From: an uncultured Methanomicrobiaceae archaeon
GTDB lineage: Archaea > Halobacteriota > Methanomicrobia > Methanomicrobiales > Methanoculleaceae
Direction of reading: 5' to 3'
DNA: 64,000 nucleotides
NCBI GenBank assembly: GCA_963826525.1
Contig: CAWGXH010000004.1
Span: 704,001-768,000 of the forward strand
Shown: in pieces, positions 10,554 to 22,283 of the stretch
How the letters are laid out: every line of letters begins with the position of its first letter
Numbering within the stretch: position 1 is the stretch's first letter
Position numbers and translations under genes: made by a program
The notes under the pieces: generated by a model
Seen by the model: only the letters and a program-made list of their open reading frames with translations
Database searches by the model: none
What the model was told of the DNA's origin: nothing

Positions 10554-12716
10554 ATGCCGCCCGACACCGATACCACCGCTAGTCCTGCCCCGAAAACACC
10601 GCCTGCTATGCCGCTGGATGCCCCCGCACTCTACATCAACCGCGAGCTCTCCTGGATAGCGTTTAACCGCCGTGTTCTCGAAGAGGCGGAAGATACCCGG
10701 CATCCCCTCCTTGAGCGGGTGAAGTTTCTCTCGATATTCTCAAGCAACCTCGACGAGTTCATGATGATCCGCGTCTCCGGGCTCCGGCGGCAGCGTGTCC
10801 GGGGTGTCCTCGAGGCGCCGCCGGACGTGATGACGCCGTCCGAACAGCTCGCGGCTATCGGGCAGGAGCTGACGCCGCTTGTCGAAGAGGCCGGCAGGTG
10901 CTGGCAGGAAGATCTTCTCCCGAAGTTGAACGAGGCCGGCATTCACATCCACCCCTACCGGAGCCTCCCGGGCGAGCAGCAGCAGGCGCTCAGAGTGTTC
11001 TTCGAACGGCAGGTCTTTCCCGTCCTCACCCCGATGGCCTTCGACGTCAGCCACCCGTTCCCTTTCGTCTCAAATCTCAGCCTGAACCTCGCGGTGATCA
11101 TCAACGATCTCCGGCAGGGCGTGGTCTTCTCGCGGGTCAAGGTGCCGCTCGACATCCTTCCCCGACTCGTCCGGATCCCGGAACCGGCAGGGGCGGAAGA
11201 GAAGACGCCGGAAGCGGCGCTGCACCATCACTTCGTCTTCCTCGAAGACCTCGTCGCCTCAAACCTCGATCTCCTCTTCCCCGGGATGGAGGTGGTCGCC
11301 TCCTACCCCTTCCGGGTGACCCGCGATGCCGACATCGAGATCGAGGAGGACGAGGCGGGCGATCTCCTCACCGCTATCGAGGAGGGAGTGGAGCACCGGC
11401 GTATCGGCGTTCCTATCCGGCTCGAGCTCGATCGATCCGTCCCCGCATGGGTGCGTGAGATCCTCACCACCCGGTTCACGCTCCCGCAAGGCCAGATCTA
11501 CGCGCCGGGCGGGCTCATCGGTATGGCCGACCTGATGGAACTGACCGCAATCGACCGGCCTGACCTGAAAGACCAGCCTTTCCTTCCGGCCTACCCGCCG
11601 AGCCTCGGCGAGACGGAGAGCATCTTCGCTGCTATACGGCGACACGATATCCTCCTCTACCACCCCTACGACAGCTTCACCCCGGTGATCACCTTCCTTC
11701 AGCAGGCCGCGGCAGACCCGGATGTCCTTGCGATCAAGATGACGCTCTACCGGGCGGGGTTAAACTCCCCCGTCGTCGAAGCGCTGACAGACGCCCGGAT
11801 CGCAGGAAAACAGGTGACGGTGCTCGTCGAACTGAAGGCGCGGTTCGACGAGGAGAACAACATCCTCTGGGCACGGGCACTCGAACAGGCGGGCGTGCAC
11901 GTCATCTACGGCCTCATCGGCCTGAAGGTGCATGCCAAGTTGGCCATGGTCGTGCGGCGGGAGGGGGACGACCTTGTCACCTACACCCACATGGGCACCG
12001 GCAACTACAACGCCGGCACCGCACGGGTCTACACCGACCTCGGACTCTTCACCTGCGATCCCGCTATCGGCGCCGACGCCGCCGATCTCTTCAACGCCCT
12101 GACCGGATACTCCCGGAAGACCGATTACCGCAGGCTCCTCGTCTCCCACGGCACGATGGGGACGATGCGGCGCGAGTTCATCGGGCTCATCGACCGGGAG
12201 ATCCGGCGGCAGGAGACCGACGGCGACGGATATATCGCCCTGAAGATGAATGCCCTCGTCGATAAAGACTGCATCCGGGCACTCTACCGGGCGTCCTCCG
12301 CCGGGGTGACGGTCGACCTGCAGGTGCGGGGGATCTGCTGCCTGCGGCCAGGTATCTCCGGCGATCTCCGAGAATATCTCCGTCACCTCCATCGTCGGGC
12401 GGTTCCTCGAGCACTCGCGGATCTACTACTTCCGCAACGGCGGCGACGAGACCGTTCTCTCCGGGAGCGCCGACTTGATGCCGCGGAATCTCGACCGCCG
12501 GGTGGAGATCCTCTTCCCCATCAGAGACCCCCGGATGAGAGAGGCCGTCGTCCGGGATATCCTAAGCCGTGCACCTCCGTGATACCGCCCGGGCGCGGCG
12601 GCTCGCACCCGACGGGAAGTACGAGCGTGTCCGACCAGAACCCGGTGAGGAGCCGCTCGACACCCAGCAGTGGATGCTCGCACACCGGGGCAATCTGGCA
12701 TACCGACGGAGAGTGA
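10554..12716 (+). CDS. ppk1: Polyphosphate kinase 1 (frameshifts near 12365 and 12565)
   Basis: [22 protein letters not shown]-like [31 protein letters not shown]; GRFLEHSR in shifted frame. Confidence 0.95.
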   Translation: MPPDTDTTASPAPKTPPAMPLDAPALYINRELSWIAFNRRVLEEAEDTRHPLLERVKFLSIFSSNLDEFMMIRVSGLRRQRVRGVLEAPPDVMTPSEQLAAIGQELTPLVEEAGRCWQEDLLPKLNEAGIHIHPYRSLPGEQQQALRVFFERQVFPVLTPMAFDVSHPFPFVSNLSLNLAVIINDLRQGVVFSRVKVPLDILPRLVRIPEPAGAEEKTPEAALHHHFVFLEDLVASNLDLLFPGMEVVASYPFRVTRDADIEIEEDEAGDLLTAIEEGVEHRRIGVPIRLELDRSVPAWVREILTTRFTLPQGQIYAPGGLIGMADLMELTAIDRPDLKDQPFLPAYPPSLGETESIFAAIRRHDILLYHPYDSFTPVITFLQQAAADPDVLAIKMTLYRAGLNSPVVEALTDARIAGKQVTVLVELKARFDEENNILWARALEQAGVHVIYGLIGLKVHAKLAMVVRREGDDLVTYTHMGTGNYNAGTARVYTDLGLFTCDPAIGADAADLFNALTGYSRKTDYRRLLVSHGTMGTMRREFIGLIDREIRRQETDGDGYIALKMNALVDKDCIRALYRASSAGVTVDLQVRGICCLRPGISGDLREYLRHLHRRAVPRALADLLLPQRRRRDRSLRERRLDAAESRPPGGDPLPHQRPPDERGRRPGYPKPCTSVIPPGRGGSHPTGSTSVSDQNPVRSRSTPSSGCSHTGAIWHTDGE

Positions 12717-12893
12717 GGGGAACGACAGAGCAGAGAGGAAAGCAGGCGGAAGGGGCATCATAAATACTCGTTCCTCCTTAGTATGCACGACGACCGAGAC
12801 TCCCTTCGCTGCCCGCAACGTGCATCTGCCGGAACCGGGGCGGGGTGCAACAGGTACGGAAAAAGCCTCTTCCGGAAGTCTTCTTGCAGGAGA

Positions 12894-14478
12894 ATGGTGA
12901 TCGAATGGCAGACCTGCAGAGAGAGAGTAGTGGCATTCATGGATCTCGGCACGAACTCGATTCGAGCCCTCATCGTCCGGCTCAATCAGAACGGTTCGTA
13001 TACGATCCTCACCAAGCAGAAGGAACTTGTGCGGCTCGGTGACGGAGAGTTCGAGCACGGAGAACTCCTTCCCGAGGCGATAGAGAGGACGGTGATCGTC
13101 TGTGGGAAGTTTGCCGAGCTCGCCCGCAGTTTCGGTGCCGGGGAGATCGTCGCGTTCGCCACCTCGGCGACTCGCGAGGCGAAGAACCGGGGTGAACTTC
13201 TCCGACGCCTCGAAGACGAGGCAGGTCTCGAATTCAGCGTAATCTCGGGGCGTGAAGAGGCACGGCTGATCTATCTCGGCGTCTCGAGCGCCATCGACCT
13301 CGGTGATCGGTCGATGCTCTTCATCGACATCGGAGGTGGGAGCACCGAGGTGGGCGTCGGCGACCGGCACCGCTACCGGCTCCTCGAGAGCCTGCAGGTA
13401 GGGGCGCTCCGCCTCACCAACCTCTTCCTCGCTCCGGGTGAGTCGGGGATCGTGACGCCCGAGAACTACTCCGAGATCCAGAGGCACATCAAAAGCGAAG
13501 GCGTCCATGCCCTCAGCCGCCTGAAAACAGAGAGCGTCGACGTCGCATACGGATGTTCCGGGACGATCCAGACACTTGCCGATACCGCCCGGGCACTCTG
13601 CCATCCCGGAGTTTCGGAGGCGGAGTATGCCCTCGCGCATGCCGACCTCCGGCGGGTCGCGGCATACCTCTGCTCCCTGCCGCTCGAGGAGCGGCGGCGC
13701 ATCCCCGGTATGGTGGCGGAACGGGCCGATATCATCATCGGGGGCGCGGCAATCCTCGACGTCCTGATGGAAGAGACTCGACATTCCGGAGATCCGCATC
13801 AGCGATCGCACCCTCCGCGACGGGATGCTCGTCGACTACCTCTCCCGCACGGAGGGGTTCCCCCACGCCGAACCTCTATCGGTCAGGAGACGGAGCGTCA
13901 TCCAGCTCGGGCGGTCGTGCGGAGTCGACGAAAAACACGCGCTCACGGTCGCCCGCCTCGCTCTTGAGCTCTACGACAGCGCCGCCCGCGAAGGGCTCCA
14001 CGCCTGCGGGCCCTGGGAGCGCGAGATGCTCGAGCACGCCGCATACCTCCACGACATCGGCTCGTTCATATCCTTTCGAGGCCACCAGGTCCACTCTCAC
14101 TATATCATCACCAATGCCGACCTGCTCGGGTTCGACCAGGGCGAGACGGCCGTTCTTGCCCTGATCGCCCGCTACCACCGCAAAAAGGTGCCGGGGAAGA
14201 AAGAGGGGCAGCTCGAATCGCTTTCCGCCCAAACCCGCCGTACGGTCCGCATCCTCTCGACACTGCTCCGCTATGCCGAACACCTCGACAGAACGCATGC
14301 CGGGCATGTGCAGCATGCACGCTTCGTCCCCCATGGGGATGACGAGATCTGCCTGGCGATCGAGTGCCCGGACGACTGCTCGCTCGAGGTCTGGGCGGCC
14401 CGGTCGGATGCGGACGCCTTCGCAAAGGTCTTCGGGAAGCGGCTGACCATCGAGAGCGTACCCCCCGGTCAGAAATAA
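12894..14478 (+). CDS. ppx: Exopolyphosphatase Ppx/GppA with HD domain (frameshift near 13780)
   Basis: DLGTNS, ATSATREA, SGREEARL, DIGGGSTE; C-terminal LHDIG; start approximate. Confidence 0.92.
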
Positions 14479-14485
14479 CCTTTTT

Positions 14486-17065
14486 TTAACTCTCCTGCCG
14501 CTCTTCGTGCTGCACGCCGGGTGGCACCTCGCTTCGCCGTTTCCGGTGGGGGCTGCTCTGGAGCACCGTCTCGACCCCCCGGTCCCGCAGAATATAGAGG
14601 AAGACGGCAAGTCCGACGGTGTTTGTCGCGATCGCTGAAAAAAGGGCCGCTCCGGATGGAGCAGAGGGGGCAAGGATGAGGATCTGGCTGCACCCGACAA
14701 GGGCTCCAAGAGAGAACAGCCGGAGGTAGCCGAACTGCCCCATCCAGCGTCGCCCGAAGTAGCCGGCCAGAAGACCGGCGGCTACCGGGGCGACCGCACC
14801 GGGAAGCGCCGGCCAGCCACCGGGCGAAGAGAAGGCCCCCCCGATGAGCCCGGCGAGCAGCCCGGCAACCGGGCCGCCGACGAGGCCGGCAATCATGGGC
14901 CCAAGATCGCGGAAGGTGACGACGAGACCGCCGACCTCGATCCCCCGCATGCTCCCGTAGACCGAGAGACCCCCGGCGAAGATCACGAGCCAGAGGATAT
15001 CCGCCGTCGACTGTCTGCCGAGCGCAAGGCGGCGGAAGAATCCGGTCTGGGCAATCAGGAACGCGACGAACCCGATGACGGCGATCTGCTCGACGAGCGG
15101 GATCGCGAAGGCCAGGAGCGACGCATCAAGGGCGAGCGATACGGGGAGCACCGCGGCAAGAAGAACGAGGACGAAGAGCCCTCCCCTCTCGTCGGGGGCA
15201 AAACTGCCCTGCCGAAGGCGCCGATACGCCCGCGCAGCAAACCCGGCGGGATCGAGCGCCCGGACAGGGCCTGCGGCGTCCTGATTCCTGATCATGAAGA
15301 GGAAGAAGAAGAGCCCGAGGGTGTTCGTGACGACCATCGGGAGGAAGACGGCCCTGATCAGATCGAGGATATCGGCGAGGGGGGCCGGGTAGGCGAGGAG
15401 GGGGAAGATGACGAGGAGGTGCACTGCTTCGACGAGGATGCCGAGGAAGATGAACCGGAGATAGGTAAAAGCGCCCCAGCGGCGGGAGAAGTAGCCGGCA
15501 ATGAGGCCTGCCGCGACGGTGGCGATGAAGCAGGGAAACGCCGTCCAGCCACCGAGGGAGTAGCGGTAGGCGCCACCGATGAGGCCGGTGAGCAGCCCGG
15601 CGACGGGGCCGCCGAGAAGCCCTGCTATCATGGGCCCAAGGTCGCGGAAGTTAATGATGGCGTCGTCGAACGGAATGCCGCATGCCGTTCCGTAGATGGA
15701 GAAGAGAGAGAAGATCGTCACGACCGCCGCGGTGTCGAGCGGCGTTAAGTATCCGGCGATCGCCCGCTGGATCAGGTTCGTCCGTAAGAGGAAGTAGACC
15801 ACGAGCCCGAGGACGGCAAACCGTTCGATCAGCGGAAGACCAAAGGTCAGGAACATCTCTTCCTGCAGGAGCGCCACCGCGAGGAAGAGAGTGCTCCCGA
15901 GCACCATGACGCCGAGCCAGAGGCGCGACCCGCGGGCATAGGCCGGGAGCCGGGAGTCGAGGTAGATGACCATGAACCCAAGAACGGCGAACATGATCGA
16001 GGCGGCGGCGGCAACGTGGTGGATTACGTCCGCAGGGTGCCCGAAGAGTACGGCCGAGAGCATGATCGCAGCGAAGAGGAGCAGGATAATCCGGTAAAGG
16101 GTCTTCTCCGACCGATCGGTGCCGGTGGTCGACCGGAGGATGGACGCGATCGCCCGGGCGCGGCCGTCCATACCGCTCATGGTGGCGCCGAAGAGGGTGA
16201 AGAAACCAATAATCAGGAAGACCGCCGCGCCGCCGGGGAGGGCGTCGACGACATGGGCGACGTCGCCGAGCACCGTCTCGAGGCTCAGGTGATCCGTGCC
16301 GTACCCGTGCAGGGCGGCATACCCAAGCATGATGAAACCGAACGCGAAGATGCCCACAATGACGAAGACCATGACCAGGTTCTCCTTGACGCTCTGCATA
16401 TGCGCCCTGAAGTAGGCCTCCCCGTGCCGGTCGCCGATCTTCTCGTGCAGCCAGACCGAGTAAAGCAGGAGATTGAGGCCCGACCCGACCGCACCCATCA
16501 GCGCCATGAAGGTGATGAGCGATTCCGCCTCGACGACGGTGGAGAAACCGTGCAGCAGATCCCCGGTCCCCGGGAGCGGCACCGCAAAGAGGCTGTAGAG
16601 GACACCGACGATGAGCATGAGCCCCATCACGGTGAGGATATGTTCAAACCGCTCGTACGACTCTCGCCAGAGCAGAAAGACGAGCAGCCCGATACCGGCG
16701 ATCGCGATCAGCTCCTGCGAGGGGAGCGCCGGAACCAGGTGCGTCAGCATCGTCGCCGCAACGAGGGCGACCCCGCCGAACGCGATCGTCTCCATGAGGT
16801 AGATGAACATGATGAAGATGACTTCCCAGTTCTTCGGCCCGGGGATTGCCCGGAGACCGTCGAAGATGTTCCTGCCCTCCGAGATCGTATACCGGGCGAT
16901 CCCGCTCGTAAAGGCGTACTTGAAGATGAGTGTCAGGATAATGAACCCGAGGAGCCCGTAACCGTAGACGGCTCCTGCCGCAAGGAGCTCGGTGAGCCCG
17001 GTCTCGCCGCTCACTTCGACGGCCAGCACAAGGCCGGGTCCGAGGAAGAAGAGCCGTTCGTTCAC
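14486..17065 (-). CDS. Nramp/YcsG-like transporter fused to two tandem 5TM-5TMR_LYT (LytS/YhcK) membrane modules
   Basis: N-terminal GPGLVLA...GAVYGYGLL...IARYT Nramp-like pattern; two copies of FRDLGPMIAGL(L/V)GGPVAGLL.GLIGG. Confidence 0.8.
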   Translation of the reverse strand: MNERLFFLGPGLVLAVEVSGETGLTELLAAGAVYGYGLLGFIILTLIFKYAFTSGIARYTISEGRNIFDGLRAIPGPKNWEVIFIMFIYLMETIAFGGVALVAATMLTHLVPALPSQELIAIAGIGLLVFLLWRESYERFEHILTVMGLMLIVGVLYSLFAVPLPGTGDLLHGFSTVVEAESLITFMALMGAVGSGLNLLLYSVWLHEKIGDRHGEAYFRAHMQSVKENLVMVFVIVGIFAFGFIMLGYAALHGYGTDHLSLETVLGDVAHVVDALPGGAAVFLIIGFFTLFGATMSGMDGRARAIASILRSTTGTDRSEKTLYRIILLLFAAIMLSAVLFGHPADVIHHVAAAASIMFAVLGFMVIYLDSRLPAYARGSRLWLGVMVLGSTLFLAVALLQEEMFLTFGLPLIERFAVLGLVVYFLLRTNLIQRAIAGYLTPLDTAAVVTIFSLFSIYGTACGIPFDDAIINFRDLGPMIAGLLGGPVAGLLTGLIGGAYRYSLGGWTAFPCFIATVAAGLIAGYFSRRWGAFTYLRFIFLGILVEAVHLLVIFPLLAYPAPLADILDLIRAVFLPMVVTNTLGLFFFLFMIRNQDAAGPVRALDPAGFAARAYRRLRQGSFAPDERGGLFVLVLLAAVLPVSLALDASLLAFAIPLVEQIAVIGFVAFLIAQTGFFRRLALGRQSTADILWLVIFAGGLSVYGSMRGIEVGGLVVTFRDLGPMIAGLVGGPVAGLLAGLIGGAFSSPGGWPALPGAVAPVAAGLLAGYFGRRWMGQFGYLRLFSLGALVGCSQILILAPSAPSGAALFSAIATNTVGLAVFLYILRDRGVETVLQSSPHRKRRSEVPPGVQHEERQES

Positions 17066-17174
17066 GAAGGGCGGCAGGAGATCGCGGATCGAGCGGAGAG
17101 ACAGCGGAAATCACCTATTCCTGATAGTATTAGCGAGTACCCGGAAAAAAGAGTGATCATTCTCATCCGGACGG

Positions 17175-18086
17175 CTACGGCAGAGCGAACCCGAGGTACT
17201 CCGCAATGAACCTGACCGAGGCATAGGCAAAGTAGAGGCCGAAGATCAGTTTCAGGACGCCGGGTGGGATGTACCTGATGGTGGCCGCACCGACCTGCGC
17301 TCCGATAACAGAGCCCAAGGCGAGAACGATGCCTGCCCCGAGCGCTACATACCCCTGCGCCAGTTTGATGCCGCCGCCGATGATCGCCATCGGGAGTATC
17401 GCCGCAAGGCTCGTTCCCATCGTCACATAGACCGGGGCGCCGAAGAGGTAGATGAGCCCCGGCACCAGGGCAAACCCGCCCCCGAGGCCGGTCACGCCGG
17501 TGAGTATCCCGACGCCGACCCCGAATAGGGCGAGCGACCACGTCGACCCGCCGATCTCCACCCCGGCAGGGGTATCGCTACCCCGGGAGAAGAGGCCCTC
17601 GCGGATCATATTGACCGCGGGGACAAGGAAGACGATCCCAAGAATCAACCCGAGGAGAGCCGTCTTGTCTGCGAGGAGGGTGAAGAGCCACGAGCCGAGC
17701 AGCACCCCGATGACGCCGCCGAAGGCGAGCCGGACTGCCGCCCGGCTATCCGCATTCTTCCTGACGATGTGGCCGTACCCCCCGGAGACCGAGGTGAAGA
17801 TGACGACGAAGAGCCCCGTCCCGATGGCGATCGTCTCCGGAAAGCCGAGGGAGAAGTACATGATCGGGAGCATGATCGTCGATCCGCCGATCCCGACGAG
17901 CCCCCCGAGCACCCCGGCGAGAATGCCGACACCGAAGAGGATGGCTATCCGGGTCGTGTCGAGCGGCGGGGTTCCCGGATTCTCCCCGGTCCCGGTCAGG
18001 AAGACGGCGAGCCCCAACAGGACAAGGAGCGCGAGGAGTCCCGCCACGGGAGCATACCGCCGCCATACGGATTCGATCGCCCTCAC
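17175..18086 (-). CDS. TauE/SafE (TSUP) family exporter
   Basis: GVLGGLVGIGGS and GILTGVTGLGGG repeats, GTSLA. Confidence 0.9.
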   Translation of the reverse strand: MRAIESVWRRYAPVAGLLALLVLLGLAVFLTGTGENPGTPPLDTTRIAILFGVGILAGVLGGLVGIGGSTIMLPIMYFSLGFPETIAIGTGLFVVIFTSVSGGYGHIVRKNADSRAAVRLAFGGVIGVLLGSWLFTLLADKTALLGLILGIVFLVPAVNMIREGLFSRGSDTPAGVEIGGSTWSLALFGVGVGILTGVTGLGGGFALVPGLIYLFGAPVYVTMGTSLAAILPMAIIGGGIKLAQGYVALGAGIVLALGSVIGAQVGAATIRYIPPGVLKLIFGLYFAYASVRFIAEYLGFALP

Positions 18087-18137
18087 CTCCGGGATTTCTG
18101 CGCGACGCAGGCGATGCTCCTGTGGCGGCGGCGGCCG

Positions 18138-20318
18138 TTACAGCCTGCAGGACTCAAGCACACCGGTGACCGGTTCTCCCGCATACATGCAGACCGACGG
18201 GTAGTAGCGTGTGATATACTCCTTCACCATCCGGCGGGCGGAGTACTGCCACGCACAGCTCTTGATCGACTCCTTCATCATCTTCACCCAGCCGTGCGGG
18301 ATCTCATCCATCGGGCGCATGTAGTAGAGCGGGACTATCTCGTTCTCGATGATATCGTAGACGGTCTCCGCATCGGCACGGTTGCTCTCCCCGTAGGGCC
18401 GGCTGCCCTCGAGCGCCCAGCCATTCCTGCCGTTGTAGCCCTCCACCCACCAGCCGTCGAGGACGGAGAGGTTCGGCACCCCGTTCAATGCAGCCTTCAT
18501 CCCGCTCGTCCCACTCGCCTCCATCAGCGGCACCGGCGTGTTGAGCCAGACGTCGACGCCCTGCACCATGTAGTGCGCAAGCTGCTCCCCGTAGTTCTCG
18601 ACGAACGCGATCCGCCCGGCAAAGTCCGGCGACTCCGCGAACTGGTAGATCCGCTTGAGGACATCTTTGCCCCAGTCGTCTGCCGGATGGGCTTTTCCGG
18701 CAAAGACGAACTGCACCGGCCGCCACCGGTTCGTCACGATCTTCTCGAGCCGGTCGAGATCCTCGAAGATCAGATCGGCCCGTTTGTACCCGGTGAATCT
18801 GCGTGCAAACCCGATCGTCAGGGCGGTGGTGTCGAGCATCAGCCCCTCGGCCGCGAGGTTCAGCGGTTCGTTCCGGTACTCCGACCACTTCCGCCGCTTT
18901 CGTTCGCGGATCCGGGCGAAGAGTTTCATCTTCAGCCACTGGTGCACGTGCCAGAGTTCCTCGTCCGGGATCTCTTCGGCGAGCCGCCAGACAAGGGGGT
19001 TGTCGTGCTCCTCCCGCCAGGTCGGGCAGACGGGGTCCATGTACTTATCAAAGAGCTTCTCCATCCGCTGGTTCAGCCAGGTGGGCACGTGGACACCGTT
19101 TGTCACCGATTCTATCGGCACGCGGCTCTCCGGCACCCCAGGCCAGAGAGCCTGCCACATCTGCCGTGCAACCTCGCCGTGCTTCTGCGAAACGCCATTG
19201 TGGAACCGGGTCATTCTGAGGGCAAACGCGGTCATATTAAATCCCGCTTCGGGTTCGTGGGGCGCCCTTCCAAGGTCGATGAACGTCTCCCAGTCGATTC
19301 CGAGGGACGGGCAATAGTCGCCGAAGTAGCGTTGCATCAGGTCGAACGGGAAGACGTCGTGCGCCGCCGGCACCGGGGTATGGGTGGTGAAGATCGAGGT
19401 GTTTCGCACCTGCTCTGCCGCCTCTTCAAACGACATTCCCGTATCAACCCGTTCCCGGAGCCGCTCGATGAGGGCAAAGGATGAGTGCCCTTCGTTGAGG
19501 TGCATGGCCGAGTAACTGATCCCGAGGGCGTTGAGCACCGTCCGGCCGCCGATACCGAGTACCAGTTCCTGCCGGAGCCGCCCTTCGAGGTCTTTTTCGT
19601 AGAGCCGGTGAGAGATGCTCCGGTTCTCGGGGAGGTTCTCGTCGATGTGGGTGTCGAGGAGGTAGAGCGGAACCTTCCCGGCCTGCACCTTCCAGACCGC
19701 GACGTAGAGCGGCGGCTCGATGAGCGGCACCTGCACCACAAGCTGCCTGCCGTCCTCACCCATGACCCGGGTTATCGGGGCGGTTTCACGGTCGAGCAGT
19801 TCCACGATGTTCTTCTGCCAGCCGTCCGCCTCGAGATGCTGATGCACGTAGCCCTCCGCATACAGGAACCCGACGGCGACCATGGGAACACCGAGATCGC
19901 TGCACTCTTTGACGTGGTCTCCCGCAAGGATGCCGAGCCCTCCGGCGTAGAGCGGCAGGGAGTGATGCAGCCCGAACTCCGAGGAGAAGTAGGCGATGGT
20001 GAGCGGCATCCGCTCGGGGTAGTTCTCGGAGAACCAACTGTTCTTGCTCTCCATATAATTCCGGAACCGGCACATGAGCAGATCATAGCGGCGGAGGTAG
20101 TCGGGATCCTCCGCGGCACGCTCGAGGAACCGCGGCGGGGTCTCAAGGAGCATCTTCACCGGGTTGTGCCCGCTCTCCTTCCATTCCGCCCGGTTGATCT
20201 GCTTGAAGAGCAGCATCGCCGACGAGTGCCAGCTCCACCAGAGGTTGTATGCCAGTTCCACCAGCCCGGATATTCTGTCCGGGACATGGGAGAAATGGTC
20301 TACGGGTATATCCATCAT
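18138..20318 (-). CDS. glgP: Alpha-glucan (glycogen/maltodextrin) phosphorylase
   Basis: LAYNLWWSW, YAGGLGILAGD, HLNEGH, FTTHTPV, TNGVH, EASGTSGMK PLP site. Confidence 0.96.
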   Translation of the reverse strand: MMDIPVDHFSHVPDRISGLVELAYNLWWSWHSSAMLLFKQINRAEWKESGHNPVKMLLETPPRFLERAAEDPDYLRRYDLLMCRFRNYMESKNSWFSENYPERMPLTIAYFSSEFGLHHSLPLYAGGLGILAGDHVKECSDLGVPMVAVGFLYAEGYVHQHLEADGWQKNIVELLDRETAPITRVMGEDGRQLVVQVPLIEPPLYVAVWKVQAGKVPLYLLDTHIDENLPENRSISHRLYEKDLEGRLRQELVLGIGGRTVLNALGISYSAMHLNEGHSSFALIERLRERVDTGMSFEEAAEQVRNTSIFTTHTPVPAAHDVFPFDLMQRYFGDYCPSLGIDWETFIDLGRAPHEPEAGFNMTAFALRMTRFHNGVSQKHGEVARQMWQALWPGVPESRVPIESVTNGVHVPTWLNQRMEKLFDKYMDPVCPTWREEHDNPLVWRLAEEIPDEELWHVHQWLKMKLFARIRERKRRKWSEYRNEPLNLAAEGLMLDTTALTIGFARRFTGYKRADLIFEDLDRLEKIVTNRWRPVQFVFAGKAHPADDWGKDVLKRIYQFAESPDFAGRIAFVENYGEQLAHYMVQGVDVWLNTPVPLMEASGTSGMKAALNGVPNLSVLDGWWVEGYNGRNGWALEGSRPYGESNRADAETVYDIIENEIVPLYYMRPMDEIPHGWVKMMKESIKSCAWQYSARRMVKEYITRYYPSVCMYAGEPVTGVLESCRL

Positions 20319-20855
20319 CTCGATCCCACCGGAAGTTCTTCCCCGGGGGGAGATAGGCACGGCAGTACATAAGATCTTCCCTGAGGGGAGGGGTAGTAGG
20401 GCAGGGACGGCGGGCGGCCACCTGCGACGACGGCATCACATCCAGAACGGCCCGGTGTCTGACATGCTCATAGAGGGCTTCCTCGCTCATTCCTGTTCCA
20501 GATAGATCAGGATCCAAGCCCTGCGTCACGGAGAACGTACCCGGAATGACCTCGCCAGGCGGGTCGTGGCACGTGAGCTGGCACAAGCAGGTGTCCTGCC
20601 CGGCAATGACGCAGCAGACAGAGAGTGCCCCGGGGAACACCAGACACACTCGTGCGTGACCGGCCCGCTGAACGCAATCTGCAAGGGGCTGCCAGGTACC
20701 GGGAAGACGACGAGCGTGAAGAAGCTTCATCGATATCGGGGAGGCGACCCGGACGCGGACGAGGGTGTTTGCAAAGGTCTACGAAAAAATTGGTCGGCCA
20801 TGCTCTGCAGGCGACCGGAGTGCCGGAGCGCATGGGGGGATGATGCCCAGACCCT

Positions 20856-21137
20856 TCACCGCTTCCGCTCGTCCTTCTCCATCAGCTCGCGGATCTTACG
20901 CTCCTCCCACTCCCGGCCGAAGATCCGGTTTCCGACAAAGACGTCGAGCGCGTGGAAGGCGATCCCGACTCCCCAGAAGAGCGTGACCCAGTAGAACCAG
21001 AGAACTCCGGGGCTTGAGAGAAGGTTGATCGCCAGGAGCAGGAGATTGACGACGATATAGATGCCGAGGTGCGTATAGAAGCCGCGGACATCTTCGACAT
21101 GCTTCTTCGCCCGGGCATACCGCTCGTTCTCATCCAT
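20856..21137 (-). CDS. 2TM domain protein
   Basis: RYARAKKHV...GFYTHL, WFYW, WGVGIAFHA, WEERKIRELM match the 2TM family pattern. Confidence 0.85.
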   Translation of the reverse strand: MDENERYARAKKHVEDVRGFYTHLGIYIVVNLLLLAINLLSSPGVLWFYWVTLFWGVGIAFHALDVFVGNRIFGREWEERKIRELMEKDERKR

Positions 21138-21247
21138 ACAAGAAGCATATCACCGGGAGAATATATAGGCTCCCGCCCGCAGGCGCCCTGCACTTTCGCC
21201 CCCCGCACTGAGCGGGCTTATACCCTGCCCTGCCGATCCCAGAAGTA

Positions 21248-21659
21248 ATGGACGGCATGGTTCGGAGAGCAGGGTACATCCAGCGCTATCGCTCCTATGC
21301 GTACGACGCCCGGGGCTATTCCTGCCAGATTGTTGAGGTCACCATCCACGGCATCCGCTACGGTATCCGGGACGGCGAGCTCCGTCGGGCGCTCGCGGGC
21401 CGGGGAACCGCCCACGTCGAGACACTCCGGCAAGACTGGCGGCAGTACCCTGGACGGCACCGTCGGAAACGCGGACCGCTCGAAGAGCGGTCGGGCACTC
21501 GTCATCGACCTTACGCCGGGACGGCGGTACTCCGTCGCCGCCGAGAGCCTGCGAGCGGTCCTCTCCCGGAAGCGTGCCTACGCGGCCGTCATCGAGATTG
21601 CGCCCCGTCCCCCGAAACCCAGCTCCGCCGTGCAGCAGACCCTCGCCGGGATCGCCTGA
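21248..21659 (+). CDS. Hypothetical protein (frameshift near 21445)
   Basis: ORF 21248 N-terminus joins ...VGNADRSKSGRALVI... of ORF 21297-21659; TATA-like TTATA about 30 bp upstream. Confidence 0.6.
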
Positions 21660-21667
21660 CCGCGGCA

Positions 21668-22258
21668 TCAGGAGGGCGAGCAGACGACGATGGCGACCCC
21701 CTGATCCCCGACGAGAACGGACGGGGGATACCGGAGGAGCCAGATGACCGCGATGATATCACCGACCGACCCTGCCGCGTTCAGAACAAGGATGAGCAGG
21801 AGCGGGGGTAGGGCGATGAGGGGCACAACGAGGAACAGGAGGAGGCCGACGGCGGTTATGACGAAGAGCGGCGCAAGCGCGATCCCGAGATAGCGGTTCC
21901 GGGTGACGGCGACGCCGGGCGGCGCACCGACGTACGCGTAGAACCCGGTAACCCCAAGCCGGGGGCGCTCTCCCGTAACGAGCCGAAAGAAGACTGCGTG
22001 CACCCCTTCGTGCACCACCACCAGAACCAGCACCGCCCCGGCGAGGACGGCAAGCCCGATGGCAATGGCGATCAGCCCTTCAGATCCGGAGACGGTGAAC
22101 GAGGCCTCGGCGGGAAGATCGGGCCGGAGCAGGATCGCCGCCTGCAGAAAGAGAAATGCCGAGGCCACGAGGCCGAAGAAACCCGCTATCTGGACAAGGA
22201 TGAGGTTTCTCTTCGTCGAAAGGTCGAGCCTGCCGATCTCCTGCACTGGCGGTTCCAT
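21668..22258 (-). CDS. DUF3267 putative membrane zinc metalloprotease
   Basis: VHEGVH (HExxH), LAPLFVIT, NAAGSVGD. Confidence 0.85.
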   Translation of the reverse strand: MEPPVQEIGRLDLSTKRNLILVQIAGFFGLVASAFLFLQAAILLRPDLPAEASFTVSGSEGLIAIAIGLAVLAGAVLVLVVVHEGVHAVFFRLVTGERPRLGVTGFYAYVGAPPGVAVTRNRYLGIALAPLFVITAVGLLLFLVVPLIALPPLLLILVLNAAGSVGDIIAVIWLLRYPPSVLVGDQGVAIVVCSPS

Positions 22259-22283
22259 CACCACAGGTGCGGCGAAGGGGAGG

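Noticed and set aside
20325-20800. Cys-rich minus-strand ORF upstream of glgP
   Set aside because: No recognisable family or clear boundaries; cannot distinguish a decayed gene from non-coding sequence
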